A stretch of DNA of 64,000 bases from Amoeboaphelidium protococcarum X5. Taxonomy: Eukaryota > Fungi > Aphelidiomycota. A program made the position numbers and the translations under genes. The stretch is taken from positions 124,647-188,646 of the forward strand of contig JALDTO010000135.1 in NCBI GenBank assembly GCA_023515725.1, in the 5' to 3' direction. This document shows, piece by piece, positions 25,846 to 43,974 of this stretch. Position 1 is the stretch's first letter, and every line of letters starts with the position of its first letter. Below the pieces are notes generated by a model that had not been told where the DNA came from, did not search any database, and saw only the letters and a program-made list of their open reading frames with translations.

Positions 25846-26634
25846 ATGGCAATGATTTAGAAGTATTCAAATATAATGACGATTAATATTGTTAAGTCAC
25901 GCAGCTAGAAGTTCATATAGACTGCATACCTGATAAGACATAGCTCCTCGCTGAATGTGAAAATGAACGACACTTATACGCGTGCATCTTAGAAATAATT
26001 GAATCAGAACGCACGGCACGAAGTCGAAGAGTGGAAGCAGATATACAAGAGCCCATATATTGGCCCATTGAAATTGCTAAAGAAAATATCGCTGAGTACC
26101 GCATTTATTGCCACTGCTTGCGTGCCGTTCTTTGTGCTTAATCCTACGCGCAAAATTAGTGTGTCTGCTGCAGCATAGATGGCGGCATCGGAGCAGATTT
26201 CCTCAACTCCTTAATCAACTGCTGCTATAGCAGAGACCGCTGCCTCAATGATACCTCAGATAAGTCCACTCACTGTCGCGGTATCAACAATGGTAATTGC
26301 CACTGGGTGGAGTAGTACTGCTTTGTTATCGCTTCTATTAAGATCGTACGTGATTTAATTAGAGGCTCCTGTTGACAGAGAATCTTACGCGTCCATTGAA
26401 GATATTCCACTCAAAATTACGCACTTGGATTTCTGGTCAAGGCCTAGCAGTATGATGCTCTATGTAAAATAACTGAGACCAAAGTCTCACTCCACGCTGA
26501 TGCCATTTGTCACGTACGAGTATACGGATTCTGTCAGCGGTAAAGTGTAGCACTTGTTCATTCATCAGGAACTTCTTCAAAGTCAAGATGAACTGTAAAG
26601 AGTACTCAGATCTAAGGCCGAAACTCTATAATGA
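25846..26634 (+). CDS. TMEM70-family mitochondrial inner-membrane assembly factor
   Basis: Presequence-like N-terminus; IYKSPYIGPLKLLKKISLST, two TM segments, RSYVIQL, PFVTY, LFIH. Confidence 0.7.
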
Positions 26635-26843
26635 AATATAATATGCTATTCTTACTAATCACTAAATAGTTTCGTAGTTATGCATTATTCATTGTTTAGA
26701 GAATTTGACCCTGAGTTGTGATACTGAATTACTTTCATTTCGCGGCCTGTCCTTTCATCAGTAAAGGATTTCATAATAACAATTTAAACATTCATTTATA
26801 TACTGTAGTTCATCTGCCAATAGAATAATAAGCGATAGACAAT

Positions 26844-27383
26844 ATGACAAGGAATATATTGGTGGCTACTGATTTTTCATCGTGCTCTCGATATGCTTTA
26901 AGGATTGCCATGGAGCAGCTTTTGATTAATAACGCATGTAAAGATAAGAAAGAGTCCCATCCAGATGCACAGCATCATGAAGTACTGACGCTGGTGCACA
27001 TTATCTAGCCACCGCAGAATGAAAGACATATTGGAGGCTCAGATATGTTTGATGCATTGCATGAAGAGAAGTTGGCTATTAAGCGGATGCAGGAGCTGTA
27101 CGAGTATCAACTGGGGAAACTTTGCGATTCTCAAGGCAACCCGGTGGGTCTAAAGATTAACGTGTAGTATGCAGTCGAAATTGAGCATAATCCGGCAGCG
27201 GCTTTGATTAAATTGATAAATACAGAGAATGGTGGTGGATACAGTTCACACAAGTTCTCCGTGGTCGTAGTTGGCAGTCACGGTTAGAATGCGGCCAAGA
27301 GGCAGCAGATTGGAAGTGTCTCCCAGAAGATTCTATAAGAGGCTCAAGTGCCTATTCTGCTAGCGAAAGGTTAGGAGACTTGA
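26844..27383 (+). CDS. Universal stress protein (USP domain)
   Basis: NILVATDFSSCSRYAL, LTLVHI, VVVGSHG...IGSVSQKIL..AQVPILL. Confidence 0.92.
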
Positions 27384-27483
27384 ATAAGAATACTTTTTTA
27401 ATTTGAAAAATATATGTTTATGGAAATAGTAAGGTTTATGATAATGACATATTCAATATTAAGGCTGGTTAAGAATATATTGT

Positions 27484-28680
27484 TCAAGCAGCACTTGAGG
27501 TTAGTCTTTGGCTTTGTAATAACGCGACCAGTTCATCTACCTGAGCAGAAGATTTCGCTTATGCGTCTAAAGGCAACTTAAACTGCGCCTGGACAGTCTT
27601 GATCTACTTTTACAGAGCACACACCTACTCCGCAGCGTATTAGAACGCAGGATTCAGTTCCAAGGTGGATGCAAAGTACTTGCGGCTTAACGAGATGGTA
27701 TCACAATAAGTCTGTGCCACTTTAGTATCACTCAATGTACCAGCAGGCTAAGATTAAACGATTAAATCAGCCTTCTTGCGCAAGAGTTCTCCATACAGAG
27801 TGCAGTACAGGTAATTCAATGGCCTCAGCACAATCAACTCTTCCACGCAATACATTGCCAGGTCGATAAAAGATAAACTATCCGCAGTCGATTAATCTCC
27901 ACCCACCATTTTCTTACAGTATAGGGAACACAATAACATCCAAATCTCAGGATCAGATGGGAAAATGTCCAGCATCGACACTAACAACTAAATCGCAGAG
28001 TCTGTATCGCCACATTAACTTCTCTACTTCATCGCCTGCTGCACCAAATGAACAGGAATCTGCAAAGTCTAATCCAAGTCAAACGTCAAAACTTCCTTAT
28101 CCTATTATGACTATTTCGCTTTGCTCTTGGTACTTTGAGAATTCTAAGTTGCAGTTTTGGTTTTAGTTATAGAATCATAAATACCGTAAGCCTCACTCCA
28201 TTACTACTTTGACTCGTACAACTTGACTTTGAGCAACTTTACACGAACACTGCTGACTGAGAACTTTGATTCCAGCGCTTATAGCCACTTGCTAGCTTAT
28301 TTATAATACTTTTCATCGCCGCTTCCACTACCTAGTTAATAGCATCTTAGAGCAGCGATGATGCCCTACTCGTAAATGTCATACAACAAAGACGCGTCAA
28401 CAAGCAGCGAACTCATAGCATTACCCAGAACTACCACAGCGCAATCGTAAATCATCTCACATGACACCCCAAAGTGGAAAGTAATGTCTCCCAGTAGATC
28501 CAGCACTTGTTCATTCTCAGCCTTAAAACTAGAAATGTCTTTCACATGCTTCCAAAGTGGACTACTTTCAGGCAATGTCGGCAACTGTCCAGTGGCAACT
28601 TACTTCTCAAGCAGTCGCTGGTCTTTCAATAGCTGAAGACTTCCTGTAACATTCGATGGTAGGAATAATGAAGCCAACAT
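27484..28680 (-). CDS. EMC2: ER membrane complex subunit 2 (TPR)
   Basis: IYEQGIIAAL, SVRVKLL..YES, FPSDPEIW..LY, YCVEELIVLRPLNYLY, LSRKYFASTLELN. Confidence 0.8.
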
Positions 28681-29316
28681 TTCAATATTAACTTTTCAGC
28701 TTTTAATAATATACGTTCAAGTTGACGATTAGATCAGATTGGAGTGAAGAGAGAGGAGAGTTAGGCGAGATGAATTTCTACAGCAAACACGAATTCCCTG
28801 TTGAGATCACGCAAGAGTAATAAAGTTTGTAGTTACATGGGATATTAAGTTGCCGATCTGATGGGACAGAATATAAATTTTATTAATGAAGCTTATCATA
28901 AAAATTAGATAAGAAGGTTTTTTGAAACATAAAGCTAGTTCACTTGGAGATTGACTTAGTTTGAAGATCATGACAGTAACCCAATCTGATCTCAGTATAT
29001 CTTCCTCTCTCTGCTGTAACTTTCCCGCTGCCTCTTTGTTAAATTTAAGTAAAACGTTTCAAGTCTTAAATCCTAGACACGCGTAATAGTGAAGTAGCGG
29101 TCATATTCTCATCAAAGAGGACGCGCGTGTGCGCCATCTCAATTTTATTCTTCGCACGGCCGGCTGTCACGTTACACGGAGGCAGGCAGCTTTTTTAGAA
29201 TCTCGGCTCGTATTATCGAAATATACCATCACTCGTGTTGTCCCTATTCAGATTCATACAATTTTATCGATTGATTAATTCTATTCACAATTGACATTAT
29301 TATTATTATTCCGTGG

Positions 29317-30741
29317 ATGACTCTGTAAAAGAAGGGCTTGGAGGATTTGCAGGTATCGCCTCAATAGAAGTAGTAGCATTAGGAAACGGGAGTAGAGAAT
29401 AGCTCGAGTTACTAGTAGAATGACAGCGATTTGGCGCAGACATCTCGTGATTAATAGCCAGCTTAATAATAGTAATAGTTTAAGGCCACTGTGGATGAGG
29501 TTGTGAATAGCGTAAAGTAAGAGTAGAAAAGTGGAAATATGGTGAGAAAGTATCTGTATGCCATCCTGATTGTCATGTTCGCCGTTAACTGTGTAAAGTA
29601 TGTAAAGCAGAATTACTGCGCCGTGGGAAATCCGAATCCCATCTGCTAGAATATTTAATCTGCACGTATTTCGCTGAAGTAATTCATTTCTCTATCCTAC
29701 CCAGTGCTTAATACCATTACAGATTAATCATATAATCATAACTTGGATGATCAAGGCGTGTTGTTTTAGAAAGGTCCTTATGACATCTTGTTTGTGCTGG
29801 GCTGGATTGCTATTATTACGCTGCTGTAAAAGACTCTCACGCTCGGACTGCACACGTTTGCTTTTCATCGTGTCAAAGTGGCTTCAAGTGGGGCAAGTCC
29901 TTAGAAAGCAACAACATCTGTAATCCAGAATGAGTTAATTAAAGCTCAAGTCTCAGTGAGATCAGCCATGGCAAGTCGATTTGCTGAATAGTCTTATCTG
30001 TTTATTTATTATGTATGTTCCCTGTCGATGGGTTTGTACATATGGTCTCGTGAGAAATATTATCCATTCAACTTGCGAGAGTGCTGGACTGATTACCCGG
30101 TGTATTAGTTGCCTAGCCTGATAAAATGGTACTATTTGGTGCAAGCATCCTTTTGGTTGCAATAATTGTCATAGTTTCTATTCTTTACGGAGAGTCATGA
30201 GCGTAGAAAGGATCACTGGGCCATGACTGCGCATCATGGTATTACGTCTATGCTTGTCCTTAGTTCATACCTCTTCCATTTTACGCGTATTGGTAATGTT
30301 GTCCTTATAGTCATGGATGCAGCGGATGTCTTTCTCTGTGCTGCCAAGTCGCTCAAGTATCTGTTGGATAAAAAGTATTAGTTCATCTGTGATATTCTAT
30401 TTGGCTTGTTCACCGTTGTATGGCTAGTGACCAGGCATATTTTATACTACTTTATAGTGCGAACAATCTACGTGGATGCTGTTGATATCTTGAAGAATGT
30501 CGAATGGAATCCGTACATGGTTAGAGCAACGTTTGCGATCGATCAGCAGTCATCATCATAGATTGATCATAGTAAGCCTGGCGCATATTTCTCTGTTGGC
30601 ACATGGATCTTCTTTCTGACTCTATTCGTCCTGCTGTAGTCTCTTCTCATATATTGGTTCTTGCTTATCGTAAAAGTGGTCACGAAAGTTATTAAAGGCA
30701 CCGGTGCAGAGGATGTCCGCGAAGATGAAGAGGATGATTGA
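29317..30741 (+). CDS. LAG1: Ceramide synthase (Lag1/Lac1, TLC domain)
   Basis: Lag1 motif RRKDHWAMTAHHGITSMLVLSSY..RIG..MDAADVFL..AKSLKY; acidic tail DVREDEEDD. Confidence 0.93.
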
Positions 30742-31210
30742 TTCTCAATTGCTTTCAATGGGGGTATAAAGTCAGTTAAGTTGCATTCGTAATCTTTAAG
30801 CTTTCCTAATGCATTTTTTTCTTCATTTTATTCGGTACAAGTCCTAAATATTTATGCAACTTATACTATATTGCCGACAAAGCGAGCGATCCTTTTTTAA
30901 TGCAGTAAATCGTCTGGTAAATTAGTATAGAGAAACGTGGCTTTACTGTAAGACACTCCGGTCCTTTCTACTGCTCGCCTGTTCGCTCACACTATTAAAG
31001 TAACGCGCGCTCTCTCTCTGCAGTTGTGTTTAGCGGTCGCTCTTTCGTCAAAACTCTCTCGTGTGCTTTCCTTCTTATTCCTCTGTCTCTTTCTCATTCA
31101 ATAAGTTGACTTGAACTAGCTGTAGGTTGTTATTATTAATTTAAACTCTATTCATCTACTGGTTTTAGATTAAACTTTTGTTTTAGAGTTACTTAATATT
31201 TCAGTTTAAT

Positions 31211-33529
<2,319 letters not shown>

Positions 33530-33611
33530 AAATTCTGCACTCATTTGAACAAAGTTGAATTGATACACTGTCAGGAATATAAGGATATCTTATGATTGAC
33601 CGCGTATTGAT

Positions 33612-33895
33612 ATGATTAATAATGACTATCTTCTACAGACAGTTTCCAGGTTGATCGTTTCAGCTAAAACCTTTCCGTTTCACTTTAGAGAACGCGTCTG
33701 GGCGTTGTTTCATCTCATTGACTATTTTCTCTTCTTCGTTTGCGCTCTCCCGCCTGGCTGATGTGAGATGATTAATAATGACTATCGTTTACAGACATTC
33801 TCCAGGTTGATCGTTTCAGCCAAAACCTTTCGGTTTTACACCTGAAGAACGCGTCTGATATTGTTTCATCTCTCTGTGTCTCTTTTCTCATTTTC
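33612..33895. repeat. Tandem imperfect duplication (period 156 bp) upstream of kinesin-13, each copy with ACGCGT
   Basis: ATGATTAATAATGACTATC...CCAGGTTGATCGTTTCAGC.AAAACCTTTC...AGAACGCGTCTG...TTGTTTCATCTC starting at 33612 and 33768. Confidence 0.85.
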
Positions 33896-34100
33896 ATCTG
33901 CTCCCCTAAATGTTTGAAACGTTTCAAGTCTGTCGCGCTCGTTTCCTCTTTTCTCTTCTTTACTCGCACTGTCTTACATGAAAATACTGTAGTTCTCTCA
34001 CATTCACACTAACATACATTTCACTCACTCTATTGTATAACATTTGCAGATAGTCACCTCTTGTATTAACACTTAATTCTGAATCAACATCTGGAATAAT

Positions 34101-36641
<2,541 letters not shown>

Positions 36642-36833
36642 ATGCCTTAATATGATTAATTATCTCAGCATTCTTATTTCTATTTTATTGACTTAAAGTT
36701 GTTACCACTATTGGAATTTTTACGATGTATTTTTAAACTCGAATTTTCATTCCATTTTGAAATCTGATCATCGCTCAGACAATTGGACTTGGTAGGTACT
36801 CTTTCTACTTAAGTTAAACATTTACTGGCGATT

Positions 36834-39212
36834 ATGGGTAAAGGTTAGGAAGCCAAATCAAACTATCAGTAGTAATCCTACCTTAGGTATTAGCTATCGT
36901 TGAACTGCGGAAGTTTACCCCATGGGTACGCGTTGCTTCTGGCTCAAGTAGATAAGACTGTCAAATCACGGCAATCATCATCATAATCTTCGTCATCAAC
37001 ATCAACATCAAGTGTTCGAAAGGCAAAGCGAAATGGTATTAATGGTAAAGATAAGCAAAAGTAGTAATAGTCGTAGCAAGATTTATCTTTAGCTGCCTGC
37101 GAAAAGCATCTTAAACTGGCATCACGTAATGACAATAGTAGCAAAGGACAGTTTGGATTAGACATGAGTGGTATGCGATTGTTCCGTCTGAGTCCTAGCA
37201 TTTACTCCTATGTTGATCAGTTGCAAGTTTTAAATTTGGGTCATAATCAATTTAGTGAATTTCCGTCAGCGATATTGCAGTTAAAGTAATTAAGAGTGTT
37301 AGATTTATCTTCCAACTAGATCAGGTAGATTCCTTTTGAGATTTTCAAGTTGGGTCAACTGGTGGAGTTTTGGATCTTTGACAATAGCCTCGCTGATATT
37401 CCGGTGACCATTGGCCTATTGCCGCGACTCTAATTTCTAGGCGTTGAAGGTAATCAACAGCTAAATAGGATTTATGTGGATATGTTATACCGACTCGGTA
37501 CTGAGGGACTGGTTGCTCAGCTCAGAGACTCTCTTCCTCAAGAACTTCTGATCCCATACATGTATCCTGTGCGCCGATGGATTTAAATCTCCCCCGCGCG
37601 TCAAGATCCATTCTAGGCCTCGTTCAGAGTTATCACCTTCAACATATTGAGTGAGAGATATGCGAAAATGGACAGGTACTGGCACTCGCCATAATCTGTG
37701 GTTGACTTCAAGTATAGATGGCCCCGTATTGAATTCACCTTGCGCGCACTATCTCAAGATTACAGGGAGAATGGCATCATCATATGCTTACAGGAGATTG
37801 AAAGTTCTGTATGGTAGTAAAAGTTTTTTGGTGGTTGGATAAGTGCAGAATCTTCAGAATTCGTATGTGCTCACTTGATGTAGGAAGGTGACGCAAAGTG
37901 TAGACCACTTTAATTTGAAGACTCGCTGTGGGATGGACTATTTATGCCCAAGTCGCGATGGAGATTTCTGTCAGTGTAGAAGAGATACAATAACAATTAA
38001 TCCTCCTCTTCTAATCTACATCAAAACTCTGATGGTTAAACGGACGCTGCAAACAACAAAAGTAATGACAATAATAATCGGCTGCCTGGATCTGATGGTT
38101 GTTCTATATTGTGGAATACTTAATTTTTTTAACGATTAGACATGAAGCCATTCACTGCCGAGTTCTCCCGCCTGGCTCTAAATAGAAATGACTTTGTGAA
38201 GAGTGATATTCTATTCCAGAGATTTGTGAGTAAGGACAATATAGCTGTTGGTTGTGTCTTGCAGTCAATGGTCAATAGAGACAAGTTCATATTCATAGTG
38301 AATGTTCATATACATTGGGATCCTCAGTTTGCGGATGTTAAATTCGTCTAGAGTGTAATGCTGTTGGATGAGATGAAAAAGTATTATCAGTTGGTATTGC
38401 AGAAGTTTCCACACATCCAGGATATTGATATGGTTCTTACTGGAGATTTTAACTCACTACCAACCAGTCTAGTGTATGCCTATGTCACATCGTCTGATGA
38501 TGGGGTATGTAATATTGGGGAGCACAAAGATATGGCGCCATGCTTCGGTGACACAACACCGCCTGTCCAAGTGAAAAGCACAGACAGCATTCCCAGTTAG
38601 AATGAAGTGGTGGGCGATGGTCAAGGCACTGATGAGATACAGAATTTGAATACTGATGAGGTTGATAGTGATGGTGATGTGGATCCAGATACGGAGTCAC
38701 AGCAATGTATTAAAAAGTTTCGTAATTGGAAAGAGTCTGATTATGGCAGGATATCAAGCAGTGACTCGTGCCAGCATCATTTAGGCAAATAGCTACTAAG
38801 TGCGTATAGATCTGTGGAGGATAAAGATGTAACTGCGGATGGGGTAGTTGGACTTCCATTTACAAACCATACGGACTCTTTCACCGGTGCAATTGATTAC
38901 ATCTTTCACTCTGACTCGCTACACCTAGAAAGAGTATTGGGTGGTTACCTGCTGCATAAGGATCAGAGTACCGCTAAAGATATTAATCTAGATGTTGTGG
39001 CCAAGCAGAATCATGTCAGATTGGCAATGGACCACAATCAAGAGACTACCTCTCTGTTCATAATGACTAACACGTTTCGCCAGAATGGACCTCTGGATAA
39101 ATTGCAATAACAACAACTGTTCTCTATTGAAGGTGTCGAAAGTTTTGGATTTCCCAACTACACGTTCCCATCTGATCATATCCCACTTTGTGCAGAATTT
39201 AGACTAATCTGA
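36834..39212 (+). CDS. CCR4: Ccr4 deadenylase (LRR + EEP nuclease)
   Basis: LRRs (LNLGHNQF, LDLSSNQI), TFNILS, ICLQE, HIHWDPQFADVK, GDFNS, IDYIF, FPSDHIPL. Confidence 0.9.
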
Positions 39213-39465
39213 ATGATGGTTGGATAGACAGATGATACTTTTTACTTTACACGCGTCTATTGTGGCATACGATAACTGTTAAGAATAAAGTATGTATAGA
39301 ATGAATAAATCATGAAAAATTACAATAGAAGTGATGTATAAAATAAGAAGCGATTATTCAAATGATGAAGCTACAGTGTACATAAATCAACTCATGACAT
39401 TCAGTAGAGAGTACCAAGTATAATCATTTAATCAATGTTAATCAATTCCAATTCAATTATACATA

Positions 39466-40017
39466 TCAACCCTCTAATAGAGCCAGAATCATTCTATAAA
39501 GGTAGTAGAAAAACGAGAGCATGTAGAACCCAAGCTTAGCGAAAGCTTCCTTCTTGTGCATGCCAAGTGTTCGGAATATCTCAGTGGCATCCAGTACGTG
39601 TCTCTACTTTTAAAAGTTGTATACGTGATAACCGAGCAAGGGGAGATTCCAAGCCAGTGCCATAAATTGTCCACCCAACAGGAACATGACCACCAACACG
39701 GCATGAAGAGCATACTCGGGCAAGATGAACTACATACATATACACACGCTCATTAATGCAACATAGAATGGAAGTTAAATCACTGATTAATCCAGTATGA
39801 ATCGCTTACCTGATTAAGTTTTTTACATAAATCTATAGGATTAATAAAATCACATTCCAAATCTGAAAACATTATAATCTACATGTAGATCGTAAACACA
39901 TTTCGGATATCTAGAACTACCATCACCAAAGCATAATCTTACAAAGAACACCATAATAAATAAGAGTACAGCTGCCATGAATACAGCGAATAGAAATAGA
40001 CCCGATTCCCACGTCAT
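39466..40017 (-). CDS. ERV14: Cornichon/Erv14 cargo receptor
   Basis: [41 protein letters not shown]; introns 39879-39942 and 39730-39809. Confidence 0.95.
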
Positions 40018-40172
40018 GTCTTGTATCTACTTTGTATGTGTATACGTGAAATATTGGAAATGATCTTAAATCTGACGGAAAAGAAGGTGAATAAGGATGG
40101 CCTCAAAGACTTGAAGAGAATTTAAAGATAAATTGCCAACTAGAAAATGGCATAATTTTTAAAATAGATATA

Positions 40173-41213
40173 TCAAGCAATCTTATAGTTTTAAAGGAAC
40201 TTGTCAATGCCTGCACTCAAGTCAGGATCGGCTTCTTACGCGTCCACAAGCTGTCGATTGAATACTGAAGAGACGGACTGGGCGACAATGTCCATTAGTT
40301 CACTTGACACTGGAACATTTCGCCCAATCTCGGCAGATATAGATGTAATACCATAGTTGCTACCATCACTGAAAGCATCGCCGCTCTTCTTATACTTGAA
40401 TCCACAAGGATCAAATAAGGAATACCAGCGATCGGTATCCACATTACAGTTAAGTGAGAAGCCATGAGATGTTCGTCTAGTCCGTGGCGACACGTTAATT
40501 CCAAGTGCGGCAATCTTGTCACATTTCCACATGGATTATCCATCATTAATAGACTATGAATGATGATTCTACTTTTATATCCAAACGCCAGTTAGTGCAG
40601 ATCTATCATGGCTTGGTTCTTAGTTGCTCGATTCTGATTATGATGACAATTATTAAGACAGCAGATCTTCTGCGCGTCTACTTTATATGCCATACCCATC
40701 TTAACATGCTCGCATAACAACACTCTCCAAGTCATAGACATAACATCTCACGTTACCTGTAGACGGCCGTTTAGTGCCTGGCTAGCAAGTACCATCGCGC
40801 AGGTTGGACAAATTCAATATTGGATACACAACCAGCTAACCAGGTCCATGGAAGGTCAATTTACCACCTCTATTAGTAGTGACATAATCTGCACCATGTT
40901 GAGCATAAAACTATCGCGTCCACTCCAAGGCTTACGTGTCTTGATTATTCGCCAACCGTCTACCAGCCGTGAATGTTGGCAAGTGTTCCGTCATCAGTAT
41001 AACTTCTTTACCAGCATGCTTGGATAATAATGACTATGACTTAGCTAGTATTGAATCCTTATTGAACAGATTGTGTTGTTATCCATCATTATTTGTACCA
41101 GCGATAAGATCTAAACTAAGATTATGTTGTAGTCGGTGTTGCAACTCATACACCGGAGCGAACCTCTACAGACCGCTCAGCCTTTTCACCAAAATTGGAG
41201 GAGCTTTTTACAT
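40173..41213 (-). CDS. LIP2: Octanoyltransferase (LipB/Lip2)
   Basis: EHLPTFTAGRR, RGGKLTFHGPGQLVVYP, KIAALG, TSHGFSLN, PCG. Confidence 0.93.
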
Positions 41214-41389
41214 ATCAATACGTCTTTGAGCGATAAATTAAATATAGTTTTTACTCCTGTAACTCAATGCGTTTTATTGTACTTGAAGAACAATGGTTTG
41301 ATCTACAAACTGAAATCCGATCAGCGAGAAACTAAACGATCAATCAGATAGATTCGTTTTTGTAATTAAGAAATACAAACGATATAAAG

Positions 41390-42262
41390 ATGACTGTATA
41401 GCAGGAAGATATATTTAATTTTGACGTGTCTGAATTCGCACCCATCTCAGAATAGCGGAAGGAGTGTGATAGATGTCTTCGATCGTTGTCAATGTGTTTT
41501 TGCAGTCACCTGCCGGATGAGCCTGTGCAACTCAGCAGTGATACTGATGATATTCAATCTCCCCGCTGTTCAGTCATTGTTTTCTAGCATAGTAATGAGT
41601 GTGGTCATAAAAAGTCTACTGGACATCTAATACCGGAAGTGCTTGGATATGCGCGTATTTACTAATGTAAAAAGATTATAGAAAGTCCAAAGATTGGTGT
41701 ATAATACTCGAAATCTACAGTATCATTTGACTCGGTCTTGAGTGATTTGCGTGATACTGTTGGCAGTCAGTAGCGAATCTAGCCAGTCCTGATATTTCCA
41801 TCTAAAAATGCAACTTCCATGGATAAATTTATCTCTCAATAACTATTAGATGGTTATACAGGAGAAGGCGATAGAAATAGTACTGAAATGTGCCATTATG
41901 TGTTTATATTCATTGACGCGACGTGGCCATCCGCTATTAGGCTGCGCTCTGGGCCACTCGCCAATTTACCATCGATAGTGTTGGATGTTAACAGGTTGCA
42001 ATAGATTCGTGATCAAGATTGTAATTAACCGTCTAGATATAGTCTTATAAGGAAAGAAATTGACAATGGAATGTCTACATTGGAGGCTGTTGCTTGCTGT
42101 TTGCATGAATTCAACAGTTGCATTGCTTCTTCATCTGGATTGTCTTCAGAGTTGTAACATCATGCAAAGTTGCTTTTGCGCGTCTTTGATCAGATGGTTG
42201 ATATGCAACTTGAACACATTCCCATAGACAAGCAAAAGGTTCTTTCCACTGAAGCATCGTGA
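41390..42262 (+). CDS. DTWD2: DTW-domain tRNA aminocarboxypropyltransferase (DTWD2/TapT-like)
   Basis: C..C......CFC, QHSNE, STG, LIFP, IDATW, IRKE, MSTLEA. Confidence 0.88.
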
Positions 42263-42370
42263 TGAATAATTCTACTCCCTTTAGTCATATTTAATTTTTA
42301 TTGTTTTTTGCTTTTAGATCTTTCATATATGTTTAAAAGTGTCTTTCAGTTGGAAGAGAGAGCTGTCAAA

Positions 42371-43552
42371 TCACATCCACTCTCTCCTAATAAAGTCACA
42401 GATTGCAGTGTAGACAACCAACATAACACCTCCACCTACACAATGAAAATTTAATAATAATTAGGAGATATATACATAAGTATAAGAGAATTCTTACCAG
42501 GGCCAAGTCGCACAACTTTGGGAACGAAACCTTTCCACAGAGCAGCAGGGCCTTCATTTCGCGCAATGTTAAACATCAAAGGGTGACTCCATTGACTTGA
42601 CGCACCACCACTGCTGTTTTGAATTCTCGTCTTCACCACATCGTATGGAGTATTTAATAGGGTGGCACATGTTCCTGAAATCACACCAATCGTAAAATCA
42701 ATCATGGTATCATACGAACTACCCTTCACGACTTGCTCCTACTTCAGTTTCACCACAGCATCCGTCTACTTGATGTATCCAATGACACCGAAGTACGTTC
42801 CACTCCACACTGCATGCCGCCATAGAGTCGACTCTAGTCCTCGCCAAAAGCCAGCCACACCTGCAATGAGGCCACCAGAGCTAGCACTACCTTGGTAAAT
42901 CTGTCGTACACAATCAAGAGTTCCGCTAAACTGTGCCTTCTTTGCGGGGTCCTGCAGATTGATCTTGATTAGTTCAAATGGCACCACAATGAATGCCTCT
43001 GTACAGCCAGCCATTATACCTGTGCAGAATCCTAAAAGAATTTTGGCATTTCTATTACCAGACTACTTATGTGATTAATCGCGTGAACTTGCAACAGTGT
43101 TCAAATCGACAGTCGGATGATGCTTAAAGTATGGAACATTCTCTTTCAACCAGTGAGTATACTAATCATTTGTAGAGAATTTGAGTGCACGCTTAGGTGC
43201 TTCCAATAGAATGGGAGGTATAATTCCACGGTACAACGATGCGAACCCCTCCCGCTTCACAATGTTACTCAACATGCCAACCATGCTTGACCGGGGTGCT
43301 ACTGGCGCTATTGCAGAGGCTCCCAAATCAGCCGCAATAGACTTGGTACTTAATTACAAACGCGTTTTGATCACATCCAGAGGATAGAGTAATAGAATTT
43401 CAGTAATGCCTACACACATTTGGAACTTTAAAACTTGGTTCTGATTATCAACAACAAAAGTAACAGCTCTCACCAGCAACTCCGCCAGCCAACAGTTGGT
43501 ACTTGAACGGAAGTGGCTACTACTATAATTATTACTAATCTGACCGTTTCAT
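42371..43552 (-). CDS. ODC1: Mitochondrial 2-oxodicarboxylate carrier (ODC/SLC25A21)
   Basis: PLPFKYQLLAGG, YPLDVIKTRLQ, LYRGIIPPILLEAPKRALKF, PFELIKI, PYDVVKTRIQ, RLGPGGG; introns 43410-43473 and 42436-42497. Confidence 0.93.
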
Positions 43553-43610
43553 TGACACAGTGAAGTTGCAATAATTAAATTCACGTGTGATGATACAACT
43601 AGACTTCCGC

Positions 43611-43632
43611 AGAGAGAGAGAGAGAGAGAGAG
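43611..43632. repeat. (AG)11 microsatellite just upstream of the ODC start
   Basis: agagagagagagagagagagag. Confidence 0.9.
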
Positions 43633-43974
43633 ATTGCAGAGAGAAACGTGTAACGGAGAACAGAGACGCGAAACCTCAAAGCGTAGAGACTGATTGATTG
43701 ATAGCAAGATTGGACTGTGCAAGAGATTACTGTAGATTTGTCTCATTCCCCAAACAGGATCGATTCCGTTGACATTGAGTCGGTGGGAGTTGCTCTCTCA
43801 GTACTCGTCTCAAAGTAATCATTGTAAAATACAATCTACGTTGACATGATATTTATGCCGTCCTGTTATATGGACCGTATTCATGATCAGAGAGACATTA
43901 ACTCTAATCGAGAATTGAAAATAAGTTTGCGGATTTACCTTGTCGCGAAAAGTACAATGCTCTTATTGTTAAAA

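Noticed and set aside
33772-33969. Minus-strand 65-aa ORF over the 156-bp duplication
   Set aside because: No recognisable motif; the frame closes in the second repeat copy; better explained as promoter DNA
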